Positions 8,673 to 18,617 of a stretch of 64,000 bases of DNA are shown in pieces. Position 1 is the first letter of the stretch, and each line of letters opens with the position of its first letter. The notes below the pieces were generated by a model, which saw only the letters and a program-made list of their open reading frames with translations, did no database searches and was not told where the DNA came from. Origin of the DNA: Candidatus Marinacidobacterales bacterium (GTDB taxonomy: Bacteria; Acidobacteriota; Vicinamibacteria; Marinacidobacterales; DATDRI01); NCBI GenBank assembly GCA_965219415.1, contig CBDCNP010000002.1:4864001-4928000 (forward strand), in the 5' to 3' direction. The position numbers were made by a program, and so were the translations under genes.

Positions 8673-11600
8673 ATGAGACAGGTAACGTATCGAGTGCCCC
8701 GAGGGGCCACGTTGTTGGTCGCTATAGTCCTTCTGGCAGTGTCGGGTGCCGCCGTGCCGGTGTTGCAGACGGCGCCGCAAGATTCACTTACCGGCCTTGA
8801 GGGGATCTTTTCGACGGGACCGGTCCTGCAGGATCGGAATGGCGATGAGTTGGTCGACTTCGTGGAGGCGGCCATCGTTTTGGGCGAGGCGCCGACGGCT
8901 CAGGAAGTCGCCGCTGCGGCCGATATCGCGGCTCGACTGGGCCACGAAACCATGGCCATGGACGTGCCGGTGGCTTCGGAGCCCGGGGCTGCCGCCACCG
9001 GGATCCTGATTGGTAACGGGGCCGTGGCACGGGCTGGCCTCCGAGCCACCGAGGCCGGGGTTCAGGGCCTTTCGCCCGGCGAAGGCGTGGTCCGGATGGT
9101 CTCTGGAAGCGGGCGCAGCTGGGTCGTGGTGGCGGGCGCCGACGATGCCGGCACCCGGGCGGCGGCCGACGCGTTCGCACAACGCTTGCCCCATGTGTGG
9201 GATCCAAAGGGCCCGGAGCTGAAGGATGTGGCTCAGGACGTGGAGGCGTTTCTGGCCGAGCAAGGGGTTCGAGCGCAGAGCTCCGAGGTGGCCGGTCTTC
9301 GGGTGAAAGCCGGCGAGCAGGGTTTTCGGCTTCTGGTGGTGGAGGTGGAGCTGGGCTCGGCTTCTGACCTCAACCGCGCTCGCGGAGCGCTGGAGGAGCT
9401 GGTCCGGTCGCGTCGTGGCGTGGCAAGCGGCGCCGAGGCACCTCTCTCCTACCCGGGTGCCCACATGCTTCGTGTCGCGCTGTCGGCACAGGGGGCCGAC
9501 GCGGCGGAGGTGGAAGTGCCAAAGGTGGATTCTGTCCCCAAGGAGGGGCCCATCCCTCCACGGCCGGGCTCGAAGGCAAAGCAACAGCTGGATCTTTCTA
9601 GTGTCTACACCAACGAAGGCTTCTTCGGGGATTCGGACGAGAACCTGATCCCCGACCGGATCGACGTGCTCCTCAGTCCCTCGGGCCAAGGGATCGAGGG
9701 GACGGTGGATCTTGCCGCCCGCATCGGGCTGGAGTCTGCTGGCGTTCAGATCCCCGTGGCCCAGGTGCCGGAGGCCATCGAGGATCCGGAAGCGGCGCCG
9801 ACGCTGGTGCTCATCGGGACCGACCATCCCCTGGTGCAGCAACTGGTGCAAGAGGGGAAGCTGCAGCTACCTCCCCTGGAGGCCGGCCAGGGTCTCATCC
9901 AAGTGGTGCCCAAGGCATTCGGGGATAAGAGTGCGGTCGTGGTAACCGGGGGTGACGGGGCCGGTGTGGCCCGAGCGCTCCGGCAAGTTGCCGAGCGGTT
10001 CCCCAACGTCTGGGAGCGCGGCAAGGACCGCACCACCATCGAGGGCGTCGAGGAGAACGTGTACCGGTTCCTTTCGGGTCGCTCCCCCGCCGGGCAGGCG
10101 GCCACCGCCCTGTACAAGCTGGATAGCCTTGTGCAGGAGCTGTCGGGAAAGGACGTGGAGTCCGCACACGTTCTGGTTTCGGTGGAGAAGCCGGCGGACG
10201 GACTGGAGGGAATCGTGCGGCAACATGCCCAAGCCCTGGGTGCCGGCTCCCTCGAGGTGACCGTCGATAACCGGGACGTAGAGAACGCCGCGATCATCTA
10301 CGAGGAGGAGTTCGAGGTTGCCTCGGAGGTTGCGGAGTTCTGGGGGATCTTTCGTTCGGAGGTTGTGCCGGAAGTCCGGAGTGGGCAGCCGGTGGTGGTG
10401 GAGTTGCGACTGAGCGAGCCGCCGGAAGTCCGGACGGAGATCGAACGAAAGGCAATGGCGGAGCTGATCACCGCGGGTGCGGCGGAATCGGGCACCCAGG
10501 TGAGAGTGCTCTCGGCCTACAAACAAGGCTACAGCTGGCTGCACGACGTAGTGGGCCCGGAGCTCAAGGGCCAGAAGGTGGGTAAGCTAACCATCCGCTT
10601 TGCTGAGAACGGCCCGCCGCCGGAGTGGAAGCAGCAGGCCATGTACGCCAAGAGTCGCTGGCTGATGGAGACCTACCCCATCGACGAGGTGCTGGCTCGG
10701 GAGCTGGGCCTCGAGCTGGATCAGATCGGCTTCGAGATGATGCCGATCGGTGCACCGACCTACGAGGCCATCGCCACTGCCCCCGACGGCAGCGAGCTGC
10801 TCCGGCAAACCTTCGAGCCCAAGTACGTGTTGAGGTCGTATTTCGATCCCCTTCCCGATTACGAGAAGGTCCGGGTGACCACCGGATGGCTTACCGCCCG
10901 GGTGGGTGGCGATACGGTAGTGGACCGGAGGATCATCACCGACGTCGAGCGCTTCTGGGACCACTACCAGGAAAAGATCCTGCAAAGGGTCTACGACTAC
11001 GTGATGGAGCTTACCGAGGGCAACCCCCGGTCCGAGGACGCGCCCCATTTCGGGAAAATCGTCGTGGAGTTGACCCTCAGCGAGCCCAATTACTTGGTGG
11101 GCGTCGACAGGGAGATCATCGCTTCCATGGAGTCCGTCCACGAGGATCTATACTTCACCACCCTGCATTTCTTCGATGTGTTGGGCCAATACGCCCGGGG
11201 CGAAGGCCTGGACTTTCCGGGCCGGGTGATCCCCATTATGCGTCCCAAGGGAGACGGCAAGGCGGGGCGGGCGAAGATCACTTTCACCGGCTTCGCCTCC
11301 CCACGTCCGGCCGTGGTGGTGAAGTATACCGAGCGGGGAGGCGGGGAAGGCAAGGTGCGCCGGGACATCCGGCGAGTAGATCTGGAGCGCCCCCAGGCCC
11401 TGGCGGCAACCGTGCGGGACGGCCGGGACGGGATCGAGCGCCTGGAGCTGCGGGTGAAGGTCGACACCGAGATGGACCAGCGGGCCGAGCTCCTGAAGCG
11501 AGCCCGTGTCGAGGAAGTGGACCGGCGGATCATGTCCGCCCAGCAAGTCACCGCCCTGGTGGATAACCTCTCCCGGCTGCAGCAGGCAGGTCTGTACCGT

Positions 11601-12914
11601 GACGCCCTCGCGTACCACGACCTGGGCGAGCTCAGAATCGCCGCCGGCTGGGAGTACGAGGTGGAGCCCGCAACGCAGGCGGTGGCGTCACTTCAGCGTA
11701 ACGGCTCGCCCCCACCGTTCCCCGACATCACCACGCGCCTGCCCGCAGGTTGGCGCGACAGCGGCAAGCCCCTCGTGCAGTGGGACACCCCGATCCCTCC
11801 CGACGAGGCCTTCGAGATCCTCGCCAAGATGTCCACGTTCCCCGAGACCACCGTCTACAAGCTCGGCGAAAGCTATCTAGGCAAGGATATCTGGGCGATG
11901 GATCTGATGCCGCCGATAGAGGCCTCCCACTGGTCCCACGCCAAGGCCACCACGCTCAAGCCAACTATCATCTACTCCGCGCGGGAGCACGCCAACGAGA
12001 TCTCCTCCACCAGCCACGTGCTGAAACTCACCGAGCGTCTCCTCACCGACGAGCAGTTCCGCCAGAAGCTCAACAAGGCCAACGTGGTGGTCCATCCCAT
12101 CACTAACCCCGACGGTGCGCAGCTTGCGTACGATCTGTACGAAATCACTCCCAAATACATGCTCCACGCCGGGTACTTGGGGGCCCTCGGCGTGGGCGTG
12201 CAGGAGGCCCACTGGGATCCCGATCCCATCTACCCCGAGTCCCACAACCGCCCGAAGCTCTGGAGGAAGTGGCTCCCCGATATCTACCTCAGCCCCCACG
12301 GCTACCCCCACCACGAATGGGTCCAGATGTTCTCCGAGTACGCTGCATGGGTTCGCAAACGAACGACCGAGTCCCACGACTGGTGGGCGACGCGAGGCTG
12401 GTACGCCAGCATCCGCTACATCGAGGACCCGAAGTACCCCCGCCACAAGGAGGCGGCCTTCGAGATCCGCGAGAAGATCACCCAGTACATCAACGCCGAG
12501 CCCGAGGTGATGGCGATGAACCGGCGAGCCTACGACCGCTACCGCCGCTGGGGCGTCGCCTTCGACCCCGAAAACTTCAGGCTCGACTTCACCAACGGCG
12601 TGCTCGCCTACACCGCCATCAAGGGCGTGAAAGCCGACGAGGGCGACAATTTCATGAACAAGAACCCCAAGGTAACCATCTACCGGGGTGGCACCGAGGG
12701 CCCCGACGAAACCGCCTACGGCGATTGGCTGAAGGTCGTGGCCACCGCCGGCTTCCAGTTCGACCGGGCCAACCTCGACTACCTCGTGGAGGGCAACCAC
12801 GTCGTCGAGCGCAAGAGCGACATCTTCTTCCGCGGCGTCCACTTCAGCATGCATCGCCCACGACCGCCAGAAAAGAAGGACGCGCCGTCGCCCACAACGA
12901 GCGGTCGCCCATAA
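8673..12914 (+). CDS. Large secreted M14-family zinc carboxypeptidase
   Basis: RBS AAGGAG before ATG 8673; signal peptide; C-terminal M14 motifs AREHANE (HxxE), NPDG, SPHGYP, GTEGPDE. Confidence 0.85.
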   Translation: MRQVTYRVPRGATLLVAIVLLAVSGAAVPVLQTAPQDSLTGLEGIFSTGPVLQDRNGDELVDFVEAAIVLGEAPTAQEVAAAADIAARLGHETMAMDVPVASEPGAAATGILIGNGAVARAGLRATEAGVQGLSPGEGVVRMVSGSGRSWVVVAGADDAGTRAAADAFAQRLPHVWDPKGPELKDVAQDVEAFLAEQGVRAQSSEVAGLRVKAGEQGFRLLVVEVELGSASDLNRARGALEELVRSRRGVASGAEAPLSYPGAHMLRVALSAQGADAAEVEVPKVDSVPKEGPIPPRPGSKAKQQLDLSSVYTNEGFFGDSDENLIPDRIDVLLSPSGQGIEGTVDLAARIGLESAGVQIPVAQVPEAIEDPEAAPTLVLIGTDHPLVQQLVQEGKLQLPPLEAGQGLIQVVPKAFGDKSAVVVTGGDGAGVARALRQVAERFPNVWERGKDRTTIEGVEENVYRFLSGRSPAGQAATALYKLDSLVQELSGKDVESAHVLVSVEKPADGLEGIVRQHAQALGAGSLEVTVDNRDVENAAIIYEEEFEVASEVAEFWGIFRSEVVPEVRSGQPVVVELRLSEPPEVRTEIERKAMAELITAGAAESGTQVRVLSAYKQGYSWLHDVVGPELKGQKVGKLTIRFAENGPPPEWKQQAMYAKSRWLMETYPIDEVLARELGLELDQIGFEMMPIGAPTYEAIATAPDGSELLRQTFEPKYVLRSYFDPLPDYEKVRVTTGWLTARVGGDTVVDRRIITDVERFWDHYQEKILQRVYDYVMELTEGNPRSEDAPHFGKIVVELTLSEPNYLVGVDREIIASMESVHEDLYFTTLHFFDVLGQYARGEGLDFPGRVIPIMRPKGDGKAGRAKITFTGFASPRPAVVVKYTERGGGEGKVRRDIRRVDLERPQALAATVRDGRDGIERLELRVKVDTEMDQRAELLKRARVEEVDRRIMSAQQVTALVDNLSRLQQAGLYRDALAYHDLGELRIAAGWEYEVEPATQAVASLQRNGSPPPFPDITTRLPAGWRDSGKPLVQWDTPIPPDEAFEILAKMSTFPETTVYKLGESYLGKDIWAMDLMPPIEASHWSHAKATTLKPTIIYSAREHANEISSTSHVLKLTERLLTDEQFRQKLNKANVVVHPITNPDGAQLAYDLYEITPKYMLHAGYLGALGVGVQEAHWDPDPIYPESHNRPKLWRKWLPDIYLSPHGYPHHEWVQMFSEYAAWVRKRTTESHDWWATRGWYASIRYIEDPKYPRHKEAAFEIREKITQYINAEPEVMAMNRRAYDRYRRWGVAFDPENFRLDFTNGVLAYTAIKGVKADEGDNFMNKNPKVTIYRGGTEGPDETAYGDWLKVVATAGFQFDRANLDYLVEGNHVVERKSDIFFRGVHFSMHRPRPPEKKDAPSPTTSGRP

Positions 12915-13075
12915 GGAGGCGCACCGAAGAGGAGGCTTCTCAGATGCTGGCCATACGCAATGAGGTGTCACCTCAGACGGTGAGCCGCTTCAAGGGGGTG
13001 CCACCCACATAAGGTTTGCTAGGCGAGATCTGGTCGAACTCTACGAAGCCTGCCCGAAAAGACCGCCGAGTACCC

Positions 13076-13111
13076 CGTCCTGTGCCAAAACTCAGCCCTT
13101 TTGAAATAGAC
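13076..13111. mobile_element. A-type end truncated by the adjacent IS1-type MITE
   Basis: CGTCCTGTGCCAAAACTCAGCCCTTTTGAAATAGAC. Confidence 0.75.
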
Positions 13112-13277
13112 GGTGCTTCCGCCATTAAGTGTTGGTGAAATGGCGCTAAGACTTTACGGTGCATTAAATTACAGCCAAAATAGGGCTCACGACCTTCGCT
13201 ATACGCTAAATGAAGTGTAAGCCCCTTTTTTGCAAAGGGATGCGTACACATCACCAACAGCAAATAGCGCAAGCACC
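13112..13277. mobile_element. 166-bp IS1-type MITE, copy 1
   Basis: Imperfect TIRs GGTGCTTCCGCCATTAAGTGTTGGTGA / GGTGCTTGCGCTATTTGCTGTTGGTGA; homologous copies at 23828, 25435 and 53473. Confidence 0.85.
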
Positions 13278-13334
13278 GCGCCATAAGGCACAGCACGACG
13301 ACATGCTCCGTAATTATTTTGAGGTCGGTATAAG

Positions 13335-13539
13335 ATGCAGCCGATGCGCTGGTGGCCAGCCTTACTGATTCTTGTCGGTGCCTTCGTCGTCTTCGCCTTC
13401 ATCTGGGGCGGCGATGCTCCGGTGCGGCAGATGCAAGTCGTCCGCACTGCGCTCACCTTGATTATTTCTACCGGGCTCCTCTTGCTCTGGATTACCTTTT
13501 TCTCGAAGCTCCCCTGGAAGAACCGCCTCCAGGGTTGGG
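13335..13539 (+). pseudogene. N-terminal membrane-anchor fragment of a larger protein, truncated by a MITE
   Basis: Two hydrophobic helices (RWWPALLIL...; LLLWITFFSKLPW) running into end B at 13540. Confidence 0.5.
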
Positions 13540-13631
13540 TGTGCCTTCTATTTATTCATCCGCGCGCACCGAACTTGCTAAGCTGCTGATTTATGGTCTA
13601 TTTCGAAAGATCCGAGTTTTGGCACAGGACG
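13540..13631. mobile_element. 92-bp B+A hybrid MITE
   Basis: TGTGCCTTCTATTTATTCATCCGC ... GAGTTTTGGCACAGGACG. Confidence 0.8.
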
Positions 13632-13911
13632 GGGTCGCCGGGGCTGCGTTGTCTTTGCCATTGTGGACATCGTATCCGCCTTTCAGAAAGTGTCCACGAA
13701 ACTGGATCAAGCCCACTCCTCCATCCTCTCAAGAGTTGGAGTCTCCGGGAAACCCGGGGCGGTTCAAATCTCGTACCTGCTATTATCCAGCGAAGCCCGG
13801 CCGCATCGTACGCGGACGGGGATGGGGCAGGGCTACGTTTTAGTGTCTCACTCGGGGACTCATCTGTTTTATCGGATAGAGGCGACACAGTCGAAAGCAC
13901 GGAGGCAAATC

Positions 13912-14166
13912 GTGAGCGACATGACACCGGAAGAAATGAAGAAAGAACTGGAGCGCTTGCAAGCTGAGAATGAAACGCTCAAGAAGCGCAGTGAGAAAGA
14001 GCTCTCCCTCAAAGTCAGCCAGAAGGGCGGCGTCTCCGTTTACGGACTGGGCCGTTTCCCGGTGACCTTATACAAGGATCAGTGGGAGAAACTGCTCGAG
14101 ATGACAGATGACATCCGCGCCTTCATTCAAGAAAACAAAGCCCAGCTCAAGACCAAGGATTCGTAA
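13912..14166 (+). CDS. Small conserved hypothetical protein (coiled coil plus KVSQKGGVSVYGLGRFPVTLY motif)
   Basis: RBS GGAGG before GTG 13912; 84 aa. Confidence 0.75.
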   Translation: MSDMTPEEMKKELERLQAENETLKKRSEKELSLKVSQKGGVSVYGLGRFPVTLYKDQWEKLLEMTDDIRAFIQENKAQLKTKDS

Positions 14167-14501
14167 CTCGTTTTCTCAAGACCGTAGGGATGTGTCCCGA
14201 GGTCCGTGGAAAAAGAACGGCACCCTCCACTCGGTCATCAGGGTATCAGATCAGGCGGCAACCTCCGCGTGTTCGAGAACCTCGCTCAGACTAGGCTTTG
14301 TCGTCCCGGAACCCATAGAGGATCCCCGTATCCGGGTCCGTCAGGCAGAGCTGAGGCGGATCCCACCAAGTCTCGTGGAAGGCAGGTCTAAACCCCGCAA
14401 TGAAGACTGGATCGACTTTTTGCAGACCACAACCCGGTTCCGATGTTTCATCCGGAATATGCTGCGGTAAACTTCCCCTGCATTGGAATTTAGCATTACG
14501 A

Positions 14502-15101
14502 ATGTCAAAACAGCAACGCCAACACGAGGATTACTGGGGAATGTGCTGGGCTATCCCCTTCGGGCAGCGTATCAACGCACAGGTCCGTTGGAGTCGGCCC
14601 GATGAAGACCCACCGGACGTCGATTTCCATATCCGAAGACGCGATGGAACCGAAATGACGGTCTGGGGCGAAGTGACAGGCGCTTACTACAACTCTAAGG
14701 AAGCTAAGTGGTTGTGGGGAGCGGGGCCTGGAAATGGGGAAGGAAGTGGATATTGGAAACCCGATGCGGTCTTGGGAATCAAAGCCCGAGAGCTGGTCAA
14801 AGGCAAGCGTAAGAAGTATCTGGAACTGGCACAGCGACGGGGGCCAGGGCACTTGTTAGTTTTGTTACACAGTCCCTTAACGACTCGTAGCACGAGGGTC
14901 GAAGCCGAAGGATACATACGAGAGCTGCTAGAGAGCGCACCGAGCCTAGATTTGGATCCGTTTGAAACGGTGTGGCTCGGATATCGCTTGCCGTACACAA
15001 CGCCAGACGAACAAGAAGATCTGCAGTATGTGTTCCGAGATCAAACAGATGGGGAAAGGTTCAACTTCATGAAGTGTATCTGGACCAAGCCAGACCCGTG
15101 A
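14502..15101 (+). CDS. Hypothetical protein, possible PD-(D/E)xK-fold nuclease
   Basis: DEDPPDVDF...WGEVT pattern; lower GC than its neighbours; start codon uncertain (ORF track gives 14400). Confidence 0.55.
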   Translation: MSKQQRQHEDYWGMCWAIPFGQRINAQVRWSRPDEDPPDVDFHIRRRDGTEMTVWGEVTGAYYNSKEAKWLWGAGPGNGEGSGYWKPDAVLGIKARELVKGKRKKYLELAQRRGPGHLLVLLHSPLTTRSTRVEAEGYIRELLESAPSLDLDPFETVWLGYRLPYTTPDEQEDLQYVFRDQTDGERFNFMKCIWTKPDP

Positions 15102-15199
15102 AACAAAATCACCCCGTGCACTCTCCCGGGGCGATTTTTCCGCTCACCCGATGAGGCGTAGGGCGGCGACCACGAGGCGAACGCCAGCGAAGACGATCC

Positions 15200-15333
15200 C
15201 GTCCTGTGCCAAAACTCGGACAGCCACGACATCCCCAAGCGCCGGCCTGCGGCCCTTTGGGATGTCGCAAACACAGACACTAAGTTGCTGATTTGTAGCC
15301 TATTTCAAAAGAGCCGAGTTTTGGCACAGGACG
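15200..15333. mobile_element. 134-bp A+A MITE
   Basis: Inverted termini CGTCCTGTGCCAAAACTCGG / CCGAGTTTTGGCACAGGACG. Confidence 0.85.
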
Positions 15334-15585
15334 GGGGCCGCGTTCTCATGAACGCGGAAACGTAGCTTTGATCGTCACGTGGGAGACAAAATGATATCAC
15401 GCTTCAATGGGGCCGCGTTCTCATGAACGCGGAAACCGCGCTCGGGTGCCGACGCGGGTGGCGCAGCGATCGGCGTTGCTTCAATGGGGCCGCGTTCTCA
15501 TGAACGCGGAAACAAACGTTCTCGGAACGGTGACACGGTGCATCGAGTGGCTTCAATGGGGCCGCGTTCTCATGAACGCGGAAAC
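15334..15585 (-). CRISPR. Orphan CRISPR array fragment: 3 full and 1 truncated 36-bp repeats, 3 spacers (39, 41, 36 bp); type I-G (I-U)-like repeat
   Basis: Identical repeats GCTTCAATGGGGCCGCGTTCTCATGAACGCGGAAAC at 15401, 15478 and 15550, with a truncated copy at 15334-15361. Hairpin CCGCGTTC/GAACGCGG. The reverse complement ends ATTGAAGC, which suggests minus orientation. No cas genes in the window. Confidence 0.92.
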
Positions 15586-15623
15586 GAGTCGGCGCTTCTA
15601 GGCGCTTGGTTTGGCCTTGTCCC

Positions 15624-15992
15624 TGTGCCTTCTATTTATTCATCCGCCAGCCCATGGGTCGGAAGTCAGCCCTGCGGCGCGAAATACCCTGGATTCTGCG
15701 CGGATTCCAAGGGCGTCTAAGCTGCTGATTTGTGGTCTATTTCTAAAGGGCCGAGTTTTGGCACAGGACGGGGTGTGCCTTCTATTTATTCATCCGCGCA
15801 GCCCAGGGGTCGGAAGCCAGCCCAGCGGCGCGAAATACCCTGGATTCTGCGCGGATTCCAACGGCGTCTAAGCTGCTGATTTGTGGTCTATTTCAAAAGG
15901 GCCGAGTTTTGGCACAGGACGGGGTCTTGAGTTCGTTTGTATTTTTGGACACGACGGCGTACACGTCATCAACAGCAAACAGCGCAAGCACC
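15624..15992. mobile_element. Tandem B+A MITEs (15624-15770, 15774-15921), then a C end (to 15956) and an IS1-MITE right end (to 15992)
   Basis: Two ~147-bp direct copies separated by GGG; both match 591-737 in reverse. Confidence 0.85.
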
Positions 15993-16028
15993 CGTGGCGG
16001 CAGGCTCGGGTGTGCCGCCGCCGAACCA

Positions 16029-18151
16029 TCAGAACGAGACGGTTGTGGTCATCGACACCGTCCGCGGCGCGCCGAGCCAGGCGGCGTTCTCGGTGATGGC
16101 TGAGAGGTAGGCGCTGTCGAGCAAGTTATTCACCACAATCGAGAACTCCGTCGATCGGAGCAGATTGCTCAACGCCTCGCCCGAGAAACTGATGTAGGCG
16201 TCCACCAGCCAGTAGGCGTCCGCGTACCAGTCCGCGGTCAGGCTGACACGCCGCGACGACGTGTACTTGGCGGTCAGTCCCGCGCCGAGCGGCCCGCTAC
16301 GGTCAAGCGAAACGACCCACAGCCGGGCCGGCACCCCGGTGACGTCAGTGCCCGCCACGATGCCCTGGTTCGCGTCGACGAGTGAATCGCCGCTCCCGAT
16401 GTACTCCGAGTCATTGAACGTGAAGGCGGTGTAGAAAGACGTCCGATGCGGCATCTGCACTGTCGCCGAAAGCTCGATACCGCTCGTGTCGATACCGCCT
16501 GCGTTGAAGTAGGCTCCGCCTCCTGGGATGAGGTAGTTGGGACCGGCAGGCGTTTGCGGGCCGAGGTAGAAGATCCGGTTCTCGAAATCGATGGTGTACC
16601 AGGTGGCGCTCAATGCCACCCGGTCCCCCGAATACTGCAGCCCGATATCGATGTTCGAAGCGGTTTCCGGTTCGAGCAGGTCAAGACTCCGGCCCGGCAC
16701 CTCAAGCAGCGTGCTGCTGAACGCCTTGAAGTTCTGGGCATAGCCCGCAAAGAAGTCGAGCCCTTCGACCGGCGTATCATATGTGACGCCACCGGAGAAG
16801 AGCAGGTCCGAATCGGAATCGACGGTCAGGTCCGGGTCGACATTGAACAAGTCCTCGCGCGACACGCCCACGAGGAACTGCTTGACGCCGCCGCTCAGCG
16901 CGAACGGGCCAGCGTAGATCGTCTCCTCGACGTACCACTTGAAGACGTTCTGCGGGAAATCCCACTCGTACTGGTGCCAGTAGGCTTGCTCATCCCACTT
17001 GAAGCTGAGCGTCGGGTCCAACATCCGGTGCCAGTCCCGGCCAAGGTCCCGCCGCGAGTCTTCGTACCAGATGCCGGCGCGCAGCGTGCTGCCGGCGTCG
17101 CCGATGGTAGTGAACCACTCCTCGTCGAGCGTCACGCCGACACGGTCCTTCCCGTAGTGGCTGTGGCGGTACGACTGCACCGCAGTAGCGCCGGGGTGGC
17201 ACACCGGGTCGACCTCCGGACCTCCCGAGCCGTAGTAGTTGAAGATGTAGGACGACGTACATCCGGGCATCGGCCCGACAGCAACTCCGTTCCGGTTCAC
17301 GAACCGGATCAAGCCGAGCTGCGCACCGCCCCGGACTGGTGTCCCGCCCATCAACTCCGACTCCGGCCCGCCGCCGTCGTCGGTGACGTCGACGATGTAA
17401 GGGGGCAGCCAGTCGCCGCGGCCCCGGTTGCGATGAAAATAGGCGCCCAAGCTCAGCGAGGTGACGTCGCTGAACGACCAATCCGCCTTCAGGTAGCCGA
17501 ACGTGTTGTTCCGCCGGGTCTGCCAGCCGGGCCGGTAGAACTGGTTCAGGTATGGCACACCGGGCCAGTCGCCGACCAGGCGGTCCCACCGCGGGTTGGC
17601 CCTGAAGTCGACCTCGCTGTAGATCCGCTGGTAGGTGTCCTCGTGGATGCTGTCGTACGAGATGTAGCTGGTCAGATCGAGGCGTCCGTGCGACGAAACG
17701 AGCTTGGCGGCGACGTGCTCCCGCTCGTTCCGCGCGGAGCCCTGCACCCAGTCGGTCGCCTCCTGGCGGACCGTGGCGAGCCAGGCACGCGTCTCACCAC
17801 CGAACAACGATCCGGTGTCGACCCGCATCGAGAACCGCCTGCCGTCGTTCTCGCCGATCGTGGCCGACGCGGTATAGGTCCGCTCCGCCGCCGGATTGTC
17901 CGTCAGGTAGTTGAAGGTGCCACCCAGCGCCTCGACCGATCGGGAGGCTATGTCGGCCGTCCCCTGAGACACCTCGACACCTCCGAGGTTCATCGGGTCG
18001 ATGAACCGGTTCGCCTTGGCACCGCTCCAGTAGTCGGAGGTGCCGTTCGGAAAACCGTCGATGGTTGTGCCGATCTGCGCGTCGTTGATGGTCACCTGAA
18101 AGCCGCGCATGGCGACGTTGCTCGACCAGTCGTCGAAGCCGTAGGCGTCCC
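16029..18151 (-). pseudogene. TonB-dependent receptor, 5'-truncated (no signal peptide, partial plug)
   Basis: Plug remnant (VEVSQG...ALGGTFNY), LEPETA, NNLLDSAY, terminal Phe (TVSF). The first codons of the listed ORF lie inside an A-type end (18152-18188). Confidence 0.85.
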
Positions 18152-18469
18152 CCTCCTGTGCCAAAACTCGGCCCTTTTGAAAGACCATGGCTGTAATTTT
18201 AATGCACCGTAAAGTCTTAGCGTCATTTTACCAACACTTAATGGCGGAAGCACCCATGAGGTCTGTGTGAGCAGCAGGGCTGCCCGATCGAACAACGGCT
18301 GCCTGACCAACAGTAGGATTTGCACATGGTACGTCATGATGGATCCGAAGATAACACCCTCGGGCCAGACGATTGTAAAGCCCACAGCCCTTGGCACCGT
18401 CGCAAAACACAGACGCTAAGCTGCTGATTTATCGGCTATTTCAAGAGGGCCGAGTTTTGGCACAGGACG
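18152..18469. mobile_element. A end, partial IS1-type MITE (18189-18254) and a second A-end module
   Basis: Matches to other copies in the window. Confidence 0.75.
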
Positions 18470-18617
18470 GGCTGTGCTCCGCAAAAAGTCGATCCGGCGT
18501 TGATTCCGCGGGTTAGACCTACCATAGTCGGCTGCTTCTGGCCGGTTTTCTTTTTTGCGGATCACAACAGCCAGCGGCCAACGTGGTCAATACCGGAAAA
18601 TCAGGTGTTGCCTAGCC

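Noticed and set aside
15362-15400. Spacer 1 (reverse complement) shares 15 nt, TCTCCCACGTGACGA, with the NSS transporter gene at 19922-19936; possible self-targeting
   Set aside because: Only 15 of 39 nt match contiguously and the flanks diverge. This is plausibly chance, and I saw no full protospacer in the window.
15200-15992. CRISPR-associated transposon (array next to transposon ends)
   Set aside because: No cas, tnsABC or tniQ genes, and the end cuts into a repeat, which indicates insertion into an array.
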